Source of the DNA: Haliotis rufescens
Lineage: Eukaryota
Assembly: GCF_023055435.1 (NCBI RefSeq)
Contig: NW_025964024.1
Span: forward strand, 3,410,001-3,474,000
DNA: 64,000 nt
Direction: 5' to 3'
Positions 52,084-63,506 of the stretch are shown here, piece after piece. The position numbers were made by a program, and so were the translations under genes. The notes below the pieces were generated by a model. The model was not told the DNA's origin. It saw only the letters and a program-made list of their open reading frames with translations, and did not search any database. Position 1 is the stretch's first letter. Each line of letters starts with the position of its first letter.

Positions 52084-52527
52084 TAGGGCTGGGACAGGTA
52101 ACTCGGGTACTCCGGTCGGTTGGTTCATGAGTAGGACCCGGATACCCACCGGACTTGCCGGACCCGGATACCCACCGGACTTGCCGGACCCGTGGTAAGT
52201 CACGTGATATATTGTTTAATGGTAAAAATTATCTAGAACTTCCACGGTTACACTATGAGTGACTAATGTTCGAATTTTTTTCTGACTATGCACCCATTCC
52301 TTCTGACTTTATATGTTTGAATAGAGATAAAACTTCAGTCAACTTCAATGTATGCAAGACTAGATCGTATCTAAAGTATCTAAATACATTTTGCCAGGGC
52401 TACGGTCAAACTATTCCCAACCGGACATTTGTACCTATCTCTTTAGACCTACAGCGGGTACCCGGGTAGGGTCGGGTAATATTGGGGTGGGTACAAGGGT
52501 AGTAAATTTGGACTTGTCCCAGCCCTA
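52084..52527. mobile_element. hAT-type MITE (5'-truncated relative at ~57845-58198)
   Basis: TIR tagggctgggaca; 8-bp TSD tcattagt/tcatcagt. Confidence 0.85.
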
Positions 52528-52966
52528 TCATCAGTATCAAAAATGTAATTTTATTTTTTTGGTATGTCCACAATGGCCATGAAATAACATGTCCACACAG
52601 TTTCAACTCAAGCGAAAGTATTTTGTTCTTGTTATTCTGTAATCGTAAACTAGGGACCAAACATGCTAAAGGCAAAATTGTGTTCAAAGAATAGTTGAAG
52701 ATATAAAAAAAACTGACGTTATGGAACACATAGTAAAGTTGAATTTTACTCAGGTTGACACCAATACAAGCATTCTGCATCCTTATCACAGAGGGTCAAC
52801 CTTGAACCTTCATCACCAATCTTCCCACATTCACCAATCTGGGAAATCAAACTAGGTCCTACAGCATAGTAAGCAAACACATAAACCACTGGGCTACCCA
52901 ACTGGGATGGATATAATGCATAGGCTAGGCATAAGAGACCACACTAAGGTCAGACTGATCTACACA

Positions 52967-53117
52967 TATACTACTAAAAAGAAGTCAAGGAACACTCGAT
53001 TCTTTCATATTACTATAGTTAATCTGTCATGGAAGTAAGGGCCACCCAGTGCCATGACAGATTGACTCTAGTAATAGGAAAGAATCGGCTGGTCCGTAAC
53101 TTCTTTCGAGTAGTATA
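52967..53117. repeat. ~150-bp palindromic (foldback) element; partial relative ~40708-40813
   Basis: tatactact..aaagaagt..gattcttt..tattacta..aatctgtcatgg / ccatgacagatt..tagtaata..aaagaatc..acttcttt..agtagtata. Confidence 0.75.
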
Positions 53118-55043
53118 AGTAATCGAGTAACTGGTGATATTATGGCTTTGGTCGGCATTGAATAGTGATATTATTGACATACACAATAGTATCAAAGTAA
53201 TGAGGAACTGGATACGGGGACCAAGTCTACAATCTGTACAGCATTAGTTACTGCTACTCCTCAACAACATCCTGACAAAAAAACACTGAAGGATAAATAA
53301 AGAGAAAGTATGGACATACAGAATGGTACCAAGTCGTACTGCATGTAGTCAAATATTACAATGCAAATTTTGGTTTATGTTATTTGCAATGTCTATCTAA
53401 TTTAATTACACACCCGTTCTTACAATAAAAAAATTCTAGCATTTGATTCGTGTAGGTTCTAATGCATGTGAGAGCATTTCCTGAAAACTGTCGACGCCAT
53501 GGCAACGGTGTCTGTACCCATTGATTCACAGATTCAAGTCCTCAGGGGGCAAATATGGTAATGAGAAAAAACAGGACTATTTACGGATTTTCATACTGCA
53601 TGCTAATTCAAAATTTGATCACATAATTATTAGAGAAAAATATTGAAACATGACATAGGTAAATATTAAAGGTTAGCATGCTCAGCTCACAGCAACCCGT
53701 CCAAGACAAATAAATAAGAATTGGTCTAACTGTTAGTTCTGTTAAATGACAAGCTTGTTCGAAACGTTGAAAAAATGTTGTATGAAATTGTGGTCAACAA
53801 ATAATACCAAACTTGTCGCACTTAACAAATTAAAAACTTTTAACATTTGTTTCAAAAACATTTTGAAGACTTTCTACATCCTGTCTTACATGACACTTGA
53901 ATGACAACATTAGCAGAAACTTATTTCAGCTTCATGGTGAACAAACCACCCTATCTGTAACCCATGACGTATGTCTGAACTACACATTCTAAAATATTAA
54001 GTATTGATAACTGATTAAGAATTCTAAAAAGCATATCAATATGGATAATTTGGACAATATTATTGACATATAAAATGTCAAATGTCAAACCTCCACTAAA
54101 AATAGTTATTGGATAGCATCTAAAGTATATCTTGAAGACCAAATTGCAAATATATTAACATGGTAAATATAACTTACATCATGTCTACATTTGAGTTAAC
54201 AAAATATATAAGTTTTTGGTATGCTCCACCCATAACAAACAAAATAAGATGGGTCTGTCTTCTTTTCTGCCAGCACATCTCATCATACAACAAACCTTGG
54301 TCTCATTCAAGCACACATCACGATTATCAACAGAAAATCAAAGGAACAAAAAATAAAAACATTTACCAAAATATTGTGTCCATACAATATTGTTATGTGC
54401 AGGATGGACAGTGCCAAGGATTACCTCCCTTTTCACAAACAACATTCAGAAATAACCCACTATACAGATGTATTTCTTAACTGCTGCTGTTAAATTTATA
54501 CATAATTAGCAATATTTAAAAAACTGTTGAAATGGACAAATATTGGTACCATCTAAGACACCTGGTATCTGTATGGCAGAGAAAGCTAGCTTCATGAATC
54601 ATGTGGTTACACAACACACAGTCTATACATACAATAATCCACCACTAGCAAATGCACCACTGGTGAACAGAAGCCCATATCTAGGTGTGACTTCATGTAC
54701 AATTATATATCACAACATTCTATGATATATCTCATATGTACATATTAAACATCATAATCACCGGATGTAATTGCATGTCATCATTGTGTCAACCTAACTG
54801 ACCTTTCTGAACACAAGTCACCTGTGAACACATGGGCTCTTTTACCCACAATTCTCCTCTCATCTCCACGGTAACGGCTCAAATGGGCTCAGTTGTCGGC
54901 CTCTGCTCATCTCCACCTGCAAACCCTTACAATATACAGGGCTGCTTTGGTGTATCAGCAAGGCTGCAAAACTGACTTGCCGTGAGGCAAAATATCACTT
55001 GCGAGTGATAGAATTAAAACCCAACAAACGGTACCTCCATACC

Positions 55044-58000
55044 TCATGATACTGGCTCAGCTTTTACTGTTATAGTCTGAACCCCACTGCCAAATCGCAC
55101 TCTCTTTTTCTTCATAAGTGGGGAGGAATCTAACGAGGCTGGTCTGAACTGCAACGGTGGTTTCGGAATGTTGGTTGTGTTGGGATAGGCAATTCCGTGG
55201 TCTGCTCCTACTGGCACACTAGCACTAGTACAAAGTCTTTTCTTCAGAGGTTCGTCATTAGCCGGCTCAGCACACTCCACCCGCGCCTGTCTCTTCAACG
55301 CTGGACTGGCTGGTTTCAGTGACGACTGCTTATTGTCACCGATAGTTATCAACTTGTTTTCCCCACCGAAGGAAATTGTGTTCTGAATGTTAACCGCACC
55401 ACTCCTTATCTCGGGCATCGAGTCAGCTTTTAGGTTGGGACTTCTCGTACCAGCGTGCGGCAAAGCCTTACTGATTTCGGCTACAGTTGATTCCGTTTTG
55501 TCTGGATTCTTTTTAAGACTGTCACACGCACCCAAGAGGGCAGCAATCTCGGCAACGTCCATGTCATTCTCGGAGTAGAATATTCTGTCCGGCAGTTTTT
55601 CCTGCATGGGCTGCTCCTTCGAGGATTTCTTGTGTAGCAACAGCTGCATATTCTCGCTCAGACCAGACACCAGCAGTGCGTCGGCCGAGGGAATGGTCAC
55701 CTTCAGCGGGGAGATATCACTGGACGAGCAGTGGGTTCCGCCAACTGAGTCAAACTCTACTTGCTTAATGGAAATTCCCTGCATGAACGATAAACCATCT
55801 TGCTTGTCGCTACGTGCTGATTTTTCATTTTTCTTCTGCATGGGTGAGTCCAAACTGGTGGATGAGAATTTACCAGGTCCGTTTTGTTTGAACTTCTCTT
55901 TTATTGAGGTCATTTCTTGATCACTGACTTTGCTCTGAGAGTTGTCTGCCCCTTGACCATTCATCCCTTCCACCGCCACCTCCTCCTGGTCGACAGGGCT
56001 ACACAAGACAATCAGCTCTGAAACAACAGATCAACATCACAAACTGGTATTAATTGTAATTTATATTCTGCCCTAAGACAAAAATACCTTGTTAATCTTC
56101 CTATGCCTACTCATTACAGTAATTCTCATGTAATAAATATTCTTAGTAATTATAATGAGCAAACATTATTTCTAGTTTGTAAATTCTTATATTATGCTCA
56201 CAAAATAATTAATGATAAATTCTGTGCCCTGTAAATGTCATGCTCACATGTCTGTATTTTGGGCCATTGGCCTTTTACTGAATAAACATGTCTGTCTGTC
56301 TGTCTGTCTGTCTGGTATTAAGATATTTCAAACAATTTCATGAGTAAGTACGGATAACAATGTTTAGACAAGTGTTTTAACTTTCACTGTCACAAACATG
56401 TTTGCTTGTTTTAACACCACACTATATATTCTAGCTATATGATGGTGACCTGTAAAAAATGGCCCTGGACCATATATCTAGTGATTGATATTGTGAACAA
56501 CAATCTACACCATCGGGTTCCAACAACATGCAATCAACCAAATCACTAAGTCTGACCACCCAATCTTCTCTTACGACGAGCAACGGTTGCTAGGGACCTA
56601 CATCACAACAGGGCAAACACATATCAGCAGTAATGTGTGGTGTTTGATTTGCTTGTTTGTTGTTTAACGCCGCACTCAGCAATATTCCAGCTATATGACG
56701 GTGGTCTGTAAATAATCGAGTCTGGACCAGACAATCCAGTGATTGACATCGTGAGCATCGATCCGCACAATTGGGATACTATGCCATGCATCAACCAAGC
56801 CAGTGAGCCTGACGACCCTATCCTGTTAGTAGCCTCTTACAACAAGCATAGTGGCCTTTTACGGCAAGCATTGGTTGCTGAAGACCTATTCTACCCCGGA
56901 TCTTCACAGGTCGCACATATTTAAGCTGTAATGTGTGGCGTGTGAGGAGAAAACAAGACAACCAGGGTCTCGTTCCACAAAGCGATCTTAGCGCTAAGAA
57001 GACTGTAACTCCAATACTTTAACATGGGCTTACGACAGTCGTAGCGCTAAGATGACTGTAACTCCAATACTTTAACATGGGCTTACGACAGTCGTAGCGC
57101 TAAGATGACTGTAACTCTAATACTTTAACATGGGCTTACGACAGTCATAGCGCTAAGATGACTGTAACTCCAATACCTTAACATGGGCTTACGACAGTCG
57201 TAGCGCTAAGATGACCGTAACTCCAATACTTTAACATGGGCTTACGACAGTCGTAGCGCTTCCATTGCTTTGTGGAATGGGACCCAGGTTATAACGGGTA
57301 ACACTTCTGCAAAACACATGAACATGGGTATGGTGCTGACAGACAAAAAAAAATCACAGCAAATATTGGATGGGAACCTTGCAGGGTCTTGCTTCTTCGC
57401 ACAGACAACACCTCAGACCATGGTGGTCATCCATATTTACCAAACTCTCTCTACAATTTTTACGACCAACATTGAAACATGCTTGACATAACTGGTATAC
57501 AATATTTGTATGGATAACACAACATGGATGACATGGAAATCAAGCCTACCTCCTTGGTGGTATTCCACTCGAACAGTTTTCAGCCAGTCAGCAAACTTCT
57601 TGATGTCCTTTACAAGTAGGCCACGAATCAACTCCAAAACCTTCATCTTGGCTGATCTCAAACCTGGAACAATGGTCATCATGCTGGTTAATAACAACTC
57701 CGTGCAAAACCATGGCAACCATTCGCTAACTTTCATAACAGCCTGTAATCATGAAAATACATCATCATAATCTGAATCACCCCTGAAAATTGCGTTGTGA
57801 TGAACGTTGGTTCATGTTATATTTTTAACATGACCGTGTCTGCCACAGGACTACCTGGACCCGTGGTTAGTCATGTGATATATTGTTTAATGACAAAAAC
57901 TTACTATAGCTCAGTGGTTACACTACAAGTTGCTAATATTCGCAATTCTTTTCCAACGATACATTCCTTTTGACTTGTATATGATTGAGTAAAGATAACG

Positions 58001-61000
58001 CTTCAGTCAACTTCTGTGTACGCATGATCTGATCGTTTGATACATGTATCTAAATAGTTTGGGCCAGAACTGAGGTAAAACAATTCCCAATCAGATATTT
58101 TGTTCCCAACACTTGAGACCTGCACTGGGTACCCTGGTAGGGTCGGGTAATAGGGGGTCGGATACCCGGGTAGTAAATTTGGACTCGTCCCAGCCTTAAT
58201 TTGAGGGTTATAACTCTGAACCAGATCTCAATGGTTCAGTTATGCTACAAACTGAACTGTATAAAACTGACAGAAATATAAACATAGTAAACATTTGTGT
58301 CTTGTTGAAGCAGGACTAGCTACAAACTCTGAGTGAGTGATTATGGTTTTACGCTGCTTTTAGTAATATTCCAGCAATATCACGGCAGGGGACACCAGAA
58401 ATGGGCTTCACTCATTGTACCCATGTCGGGAATCGAACCCGGGTCTTTGGCGTGACTATCGAACGCTTTAACCACTAGGCTACCCGACCGCCCCTTACAA
58501 ACTCTGAGGATTAGTTAAATAAGGCTTACACTTCTGGACTAGTCAATCAATCATCAATCAATCTTTATTGTATGAAAGGCCATTGGCCCATATACACATA
58601 CAGATAAACAATATCATTTACAGCTGTACAGCGCATTATATAATTATTGGATAACTAATATGATGCTTGACATGTAATAGAGGTATTGTTATAACAGTGG
58701 TAATAACCACAGTGGCAGCAGTAGTAGTATAAAATACAAAGGAATGGAATGGAAATATGAAGTTTTACGTCGCAAAGGCTTTCAGCCATAGCGCGACGTT
58801 CAATACAAAAGGATCTATCAGTAATATATTCATCATGTCAAGACAATTTGACAAATCTTACAAAACTCATTTCTGAGGCTGATTATATAACAAATCAAAT
58901 AAATATTTGGGTAATACATGCTTTGCAGGTCACTGTCTTTATCTGGTTTTCAAGGCAGGACATGAAACATCAATACCAAAAAGATATCTGCTTACAATAT
59001 CTAATGAGGTCAGGTCCACATGGTCCAGGGGCATAAATTAAAGTGACAAAGATAAATGATGGGACCAAAAAAAAAAGTACAGATATAGGTCAGTAGGTGC
59101 GTAGGTAGTTTTAACAAAATATTAACCAGTGATTCAAAGAAAAATAATTCTCAACCAACATGCCCTATTTTGGGCATGTTGGGATGGAATGAAATAAGAA
59201 ATACACATTTCTTTTGTGGGACCTATTGTCATGTTGATTTATTGAAACACAAGTATTGGAGGTAGGTGTAGCCTTAGAGACAACTGTCGACAAGCAGTGA
59301 CAAAAATTGGCTCTGGTCCTAATACTCCTATAGTCCTTGCCAAATGGTTGAGGTATCATAAGGACTAGTAGAAATAAGATATTTTTAAGGCGTTTGTTAT
59401 CTGTAATCATTGTAATGACTAGTGGACTAAAAATGTTGGTTTCTATTGCTGGTATTTGGTTTAGGTATTTTGACATTGTGTCCTTCCTTCAACAATACCT
59501 TCAGCATACTCACCAACAACGCTCTCGTCCGTTGGATCATCATCTGGGGATTCTGAATCTAGCGACGAACTGTCTCCTAGCGAATTATCATCCGCAAATG
59601 AATCATCTTGTGACAACACATTGGGCACTCGCACTGTCCTCTCAATGTTCAACGCATCTGTGCATATTGTTTCAATAAGAGGAATGTAGGATGGACGAAT
59701 CGAGTGGTTTGTGTAGTTTTCCTTCACTCCAGCTGATATGGATATCCTCTGCATGATTTTACTCAGGGTGGAGTTTCCAAGTGGGGTATTGTCAAACCAC
59801 ACGTAATCAGACTGGGATACACTCCGCTTTGGACGTTGCCAGAACGCTTCAGTCATGGGATGGAGATGTGTCAGGTACCTCAAGAATGATGCTACTGGGC
59901 AACGAGGGTCTCCTGCAAGACAGTCATATCATTTACATACCAACTGTGAAATAACAGTAAGACTTCCGCCCGTATCCCCCTGAAAAATATTTATGACTAC
60001 AAGGATTGAGCGGAAATGTATACAAATATCCCTTGGGGGGGGGGGGGATATACGGGCGGTAGCCATTTACAACAGGTCATCAACCATGTTAATATCAATT
60101 GAAGGTATGATGAGAATGATTTTTAAAATCAATTAAAATCCTTCCCATCATATGTCTTAAGTTTCCTAAGTATGTCTGAAAGAACACAATTGTATATAAC
60201 ACATGTTTAAACAAAGCGTCATAACTTTTGATTTCTGATCTTGTGAAATTATTATATCTGTTTGTCAACTATACAACAAAACAGGATTACAGTTAGGTAA
60301 AAGTTTCACTCAAACCACCCACCTATGTAACCTAGTTATTACTAAGGATGACAATATGTCCTAGGTGTGGGATGTGGGTGGAATTCTTTCTCAATAGTGC
60401 TGTCACACAAGATTCCGTGATTATTTCACAATATCACTCAGCCATTTGAACCTAATTATTATTGTATGTCATATTAGTATGTAGGCTGTGAACTAATCTC
60501 CCATAGGCTTGGTTGCTCCAGTGGGTGATAAGATTGATATCTAACTTCGATGACATCACAATGAGGAAAATGACAGTGACCTACCTGGCCTTTCAAGCAT
60601 CTTCTCCCCAAGCCTTGTTCCTGTGTGATCTACGTCACCGTAGCCACCCATCTCCTTGATGTTGAACTTAGGGTGGTATTTTAACCAAACACTTTTCCTT
60701 CCATCAACTTCTGTCGACACTACAAAATCATTTTTAGTCATGGCCCTCATACAGTCTTTTCCTCTGTTGACAATGTATAAATTCACATCGAAAAACACCT
60801 TATTTTGTAGCGTTTCGGGGTTGTCGGTTTTCATTGCATCACTGAAATATATTTTCCTCAAATCATCCATTTCTATTCGAAGTCTATGACACTTGCGTGG
60901 TCCCATTCGAACTGCCATCTCATAACAAGCGTTGGCATTTTCAAAACTTTTGTCTTTGATAATGTCTATTCCGGTCTCCTTCATGAAGTATTTCTGTAGA

Positions 61001-61311
61001 CCGAGTCTGATATCCTTCAAACTGACAGTCGATCTGACCGGCCCCTCCTCAAGCTTGGTCCTAACCTTACCATAAAAATCTCTGAGAAACTCCGACAGTT
61101 GGTGAGGGGGCATGTGTGTAACACTGTGAATGGTGTGTCCTTTCGTCATAGCGTATAACACTAACTGGTGTGTCGCCGAACCTATTAGGCTTTCCGTTTC
61201 ACCATCAAAACTAGTCTCGGAAAAGTCCTCGGATGAACGACTGCTCAGTGATCCTGAGTGTTGTCTCTTTTCCATTTTGAAGTCGAACTTACTCGTCGTA
61301 GCTTGAGCCAT
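55044..61311 (-). CDS. Gene C: DUF3504 (Crypton-derived, KCTD1-like) protein, ~737 aa, 4 coding exons
   Basis: Minus-strand exons 61311-60585, 59912-59514, 57663-57550, 56017-55044; all introns phase 1 (total 2214 nt). Motifs PETLQNKVFFDV.LY..NRG, G|DPRCPVASFLRYL, AFWQRPK, VWFDNTPLGNSTL, YTNHSIR. Confidence 0.85.
56400..56912 (-). mobile_element. Two adjacent family B copies (diverged ~56400-56600; intact ~56645-56912)
   Basis: Reverse-complement matches to the 813 copy. Confidence 0.8.
56965..57284. mobile_element. MITE with CWG target duplication (PIF/Harbinger-like) carrying an internal 5 x 53-bp array
   Basis: TIR ggtctcgttccacaaagc / gctttgtggaatgggacc, CAG on both sides; units start at 56989, 57042, 57095, 57148, 57201. 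Confidence 0.8.
57550..57663 (-). other. Symmetric phase-1 exon encoding the shared unknown domain (gene C)
   Basis: gttccag|...|gtaggc; encodes GLRSAKMKVLELIRGLLVKDIKKFADWLKTVRVEYHQG. Confidence 0.8.
58334..58494 (-). mobile_element. SINE family A
   Basis: Full copy, TSD tacaaactctgag. Confidence 0.9.
59961..60064. repeat. Short inverted-repeat element in an intron of gene C
   Basis: ccgcccgtatccccc ... ggggatatacgggcgg. Confidence 0.6.
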
Positions 61312-61327
61312 CTTGTTGCTCAGATGA

Positions 61328-62979
61328 TGACGTCACACGATCCGAACATGGAAGGGTCTGACGTAGGTGTTTTTACGGAGACATTGACATCAAGCGAATG
61401 AATAATAGATTAAGAACACAATGTCATCACTTCGAATGTAGGTTTTCAAATAAAGTGTTCACAACGCTGCCGAAGACAGTTTACACACAACTGTGACAAA
61501 GTGGTATATCGAGGAGATCGTTAATGTAGTTTGGTTGAGTGTACTCACTCCCCTCCCACGATGGACTGGCCCAACTACGCAAGTGTTTCAATTCGTCACA
61601 GTGGTATGAGTCAGCGCGCACCGACTTCCGGGGGAATAAAACTCATAACAGCTCAGCTCCGACCTAACAAAAGTATGACGTCATTGCCACGCCACTTGAC
61701 AACGGCTAGAAATAGAGAGAGCGCTTAGTGGGTGAGCGTGATCGAAACTGTCGTGTGGAGCTCGCCGTGTTCTGACGTCAGAGCAGAAAGCTGACACAAA
61801 CAGCTTGTGACCGGCTTTATCATTGATCAGTGGTTGGACGCTGAACTATCGCTTGTACCTACTATTTCTTGCTTGCCGCTCCGTCTTGGGTTGAATTTTT
61901 ACTATTGACCACATATACGGGTCACATTCTTTGTCCGGTATGTTATTGTATTTCCTCTTTTCCCGTTACCGGTCACGGTTCGCTGAATTTATTATGTCAC
62001 CGTTGTCACGTGAATACGGAGGCTGGGAAATTATTGATTGCGTTTTATATGCCCGCGATTCACGTGTTGTTCATGTCACGTAATGGGATTATGTCACGCG
62101 GGCGTTGTATGTGTCATATTTACCGAACAGAACATTCCTGTACATCATAGTCATTGAGACTAGATATATGGCTAAGTTTGTCCTTTTATATTTTTTCTAC
62201 CTGTGTTCGAGAAATGCTGTTTGAATGTTAAGACTATATGAACTGGTTTCATGTCAGACCTATTTTCTTGACAAAGCTATTTACATATATTCATTGTAAC
62301 TTAAGCATTCCAGTAAATGCGTCATAGTTGATTGAGGTTATTAGGACCTATAGTTGATAACTAGTTATTATCCTACATTTGAACAAACAAAAAGCATGGA
62401 GGTATCGGATGATAGATTCATCAAATGATATTCACCAAACGCCCGGAGAACACCCCAGCGACAAATGACATTTAGCGACGCGCCTGGTATTGACGTCAGT
62501 TGGCGCGGTCTGACGTCATCACTCACGCGCGATCACCAGCCACTAATGTTGATGTTGCTAGGAGATAATAACTGTAAATACAACCAGTTTCGCGGGCATC
62601 TCTGTTCCCTGCTGTAAACAAAACTTAAAATATATGGTATCGTCATCGTTTAATATTCAGTGTTTACATATATAATTTTATGTAAAACGAAATCATATGT
62701 TATAATTAAAGGCAAGACTTACTTTCAGTTTACTATATTATTTTGACTCATCTTGTGTTGAAATCAAGATTGTTTAAAATATTTGCTGAGACTCGTGGCC
62801 TTTGTCTTCAAGGACACTGTATGGGGAAGAAAAGAATTATCAAATATCCACAAACAACATCATTTACTGCCGAACACTTTATTTGAAGGGACGACGATGA
62901 CGTCAGAACTCATCAATTGACATCACAATGACGTGGTTATTGACGTCAGTGGGATATTAGCGTGGTCGGCGCTGAGTCA
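61328..62979. promoter_or_regulatory. CRE/AP-1-rich upstream region of gene C
   Basis: Perfect TGACGTCA at 61328, 61676, 61773, 62491, 62511, 62898, 62941; TGA(G/C)TCA at 61607, 62744, 62973; CACGTG near 62007 and 62061. Confidence 0.6.
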
Positions 62980-63506
62980 GAGATTCTTGGAAATTAAAGA
63001 CGTATTGTGATTAATATCCTTAACTCAATTTGGGATGTCACCGGGGTGGTGGTGGTTGGGGGATGGGGAGATAACCTTGAAGAAGATAAATTAATTATGG
63101 CGGAATGTCAAAATTGAAATTAGGTATACCTGTATATGTTGACACGGTTACACTAAACGATTATTTATAGTTGGAAGGGAAGTCGAGTTGAAACCCAGTG
63201 AACACACGAGAGCAAGTAAGTGCGAGCGGGGCCGGTGAACACCCTGTGTATGTCTGCCTGGTCGATACGCGTTGCCGCGCTCTCTACAAACACACACCGA
63301 TCGAGTTCTGACTTGTTTACATTGAATGGTATATATAATGGCGGCCCAGTGGTGTGGTGCATGGGGTTGTCTGGTGGGCGTTACTTACACTATGTAGGTA
63401 GTACGGTTTGCGCGTGATCAATGATTACAGGTGAGTTGTGGCTGTCGATGGAGCGTAATTACTGCGCATTATCGGACTGACAGTCTACTGTGTCATTGTG
63501 TTATTT

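Noticed and set aside
23289-61311. Active Crypton transposons or phage integrases / prophage
   Set aside because: Catalytic C-terminus missing, spliceosomal introns present, long host-like tails, no element ends, and the three copies are highly divergent.
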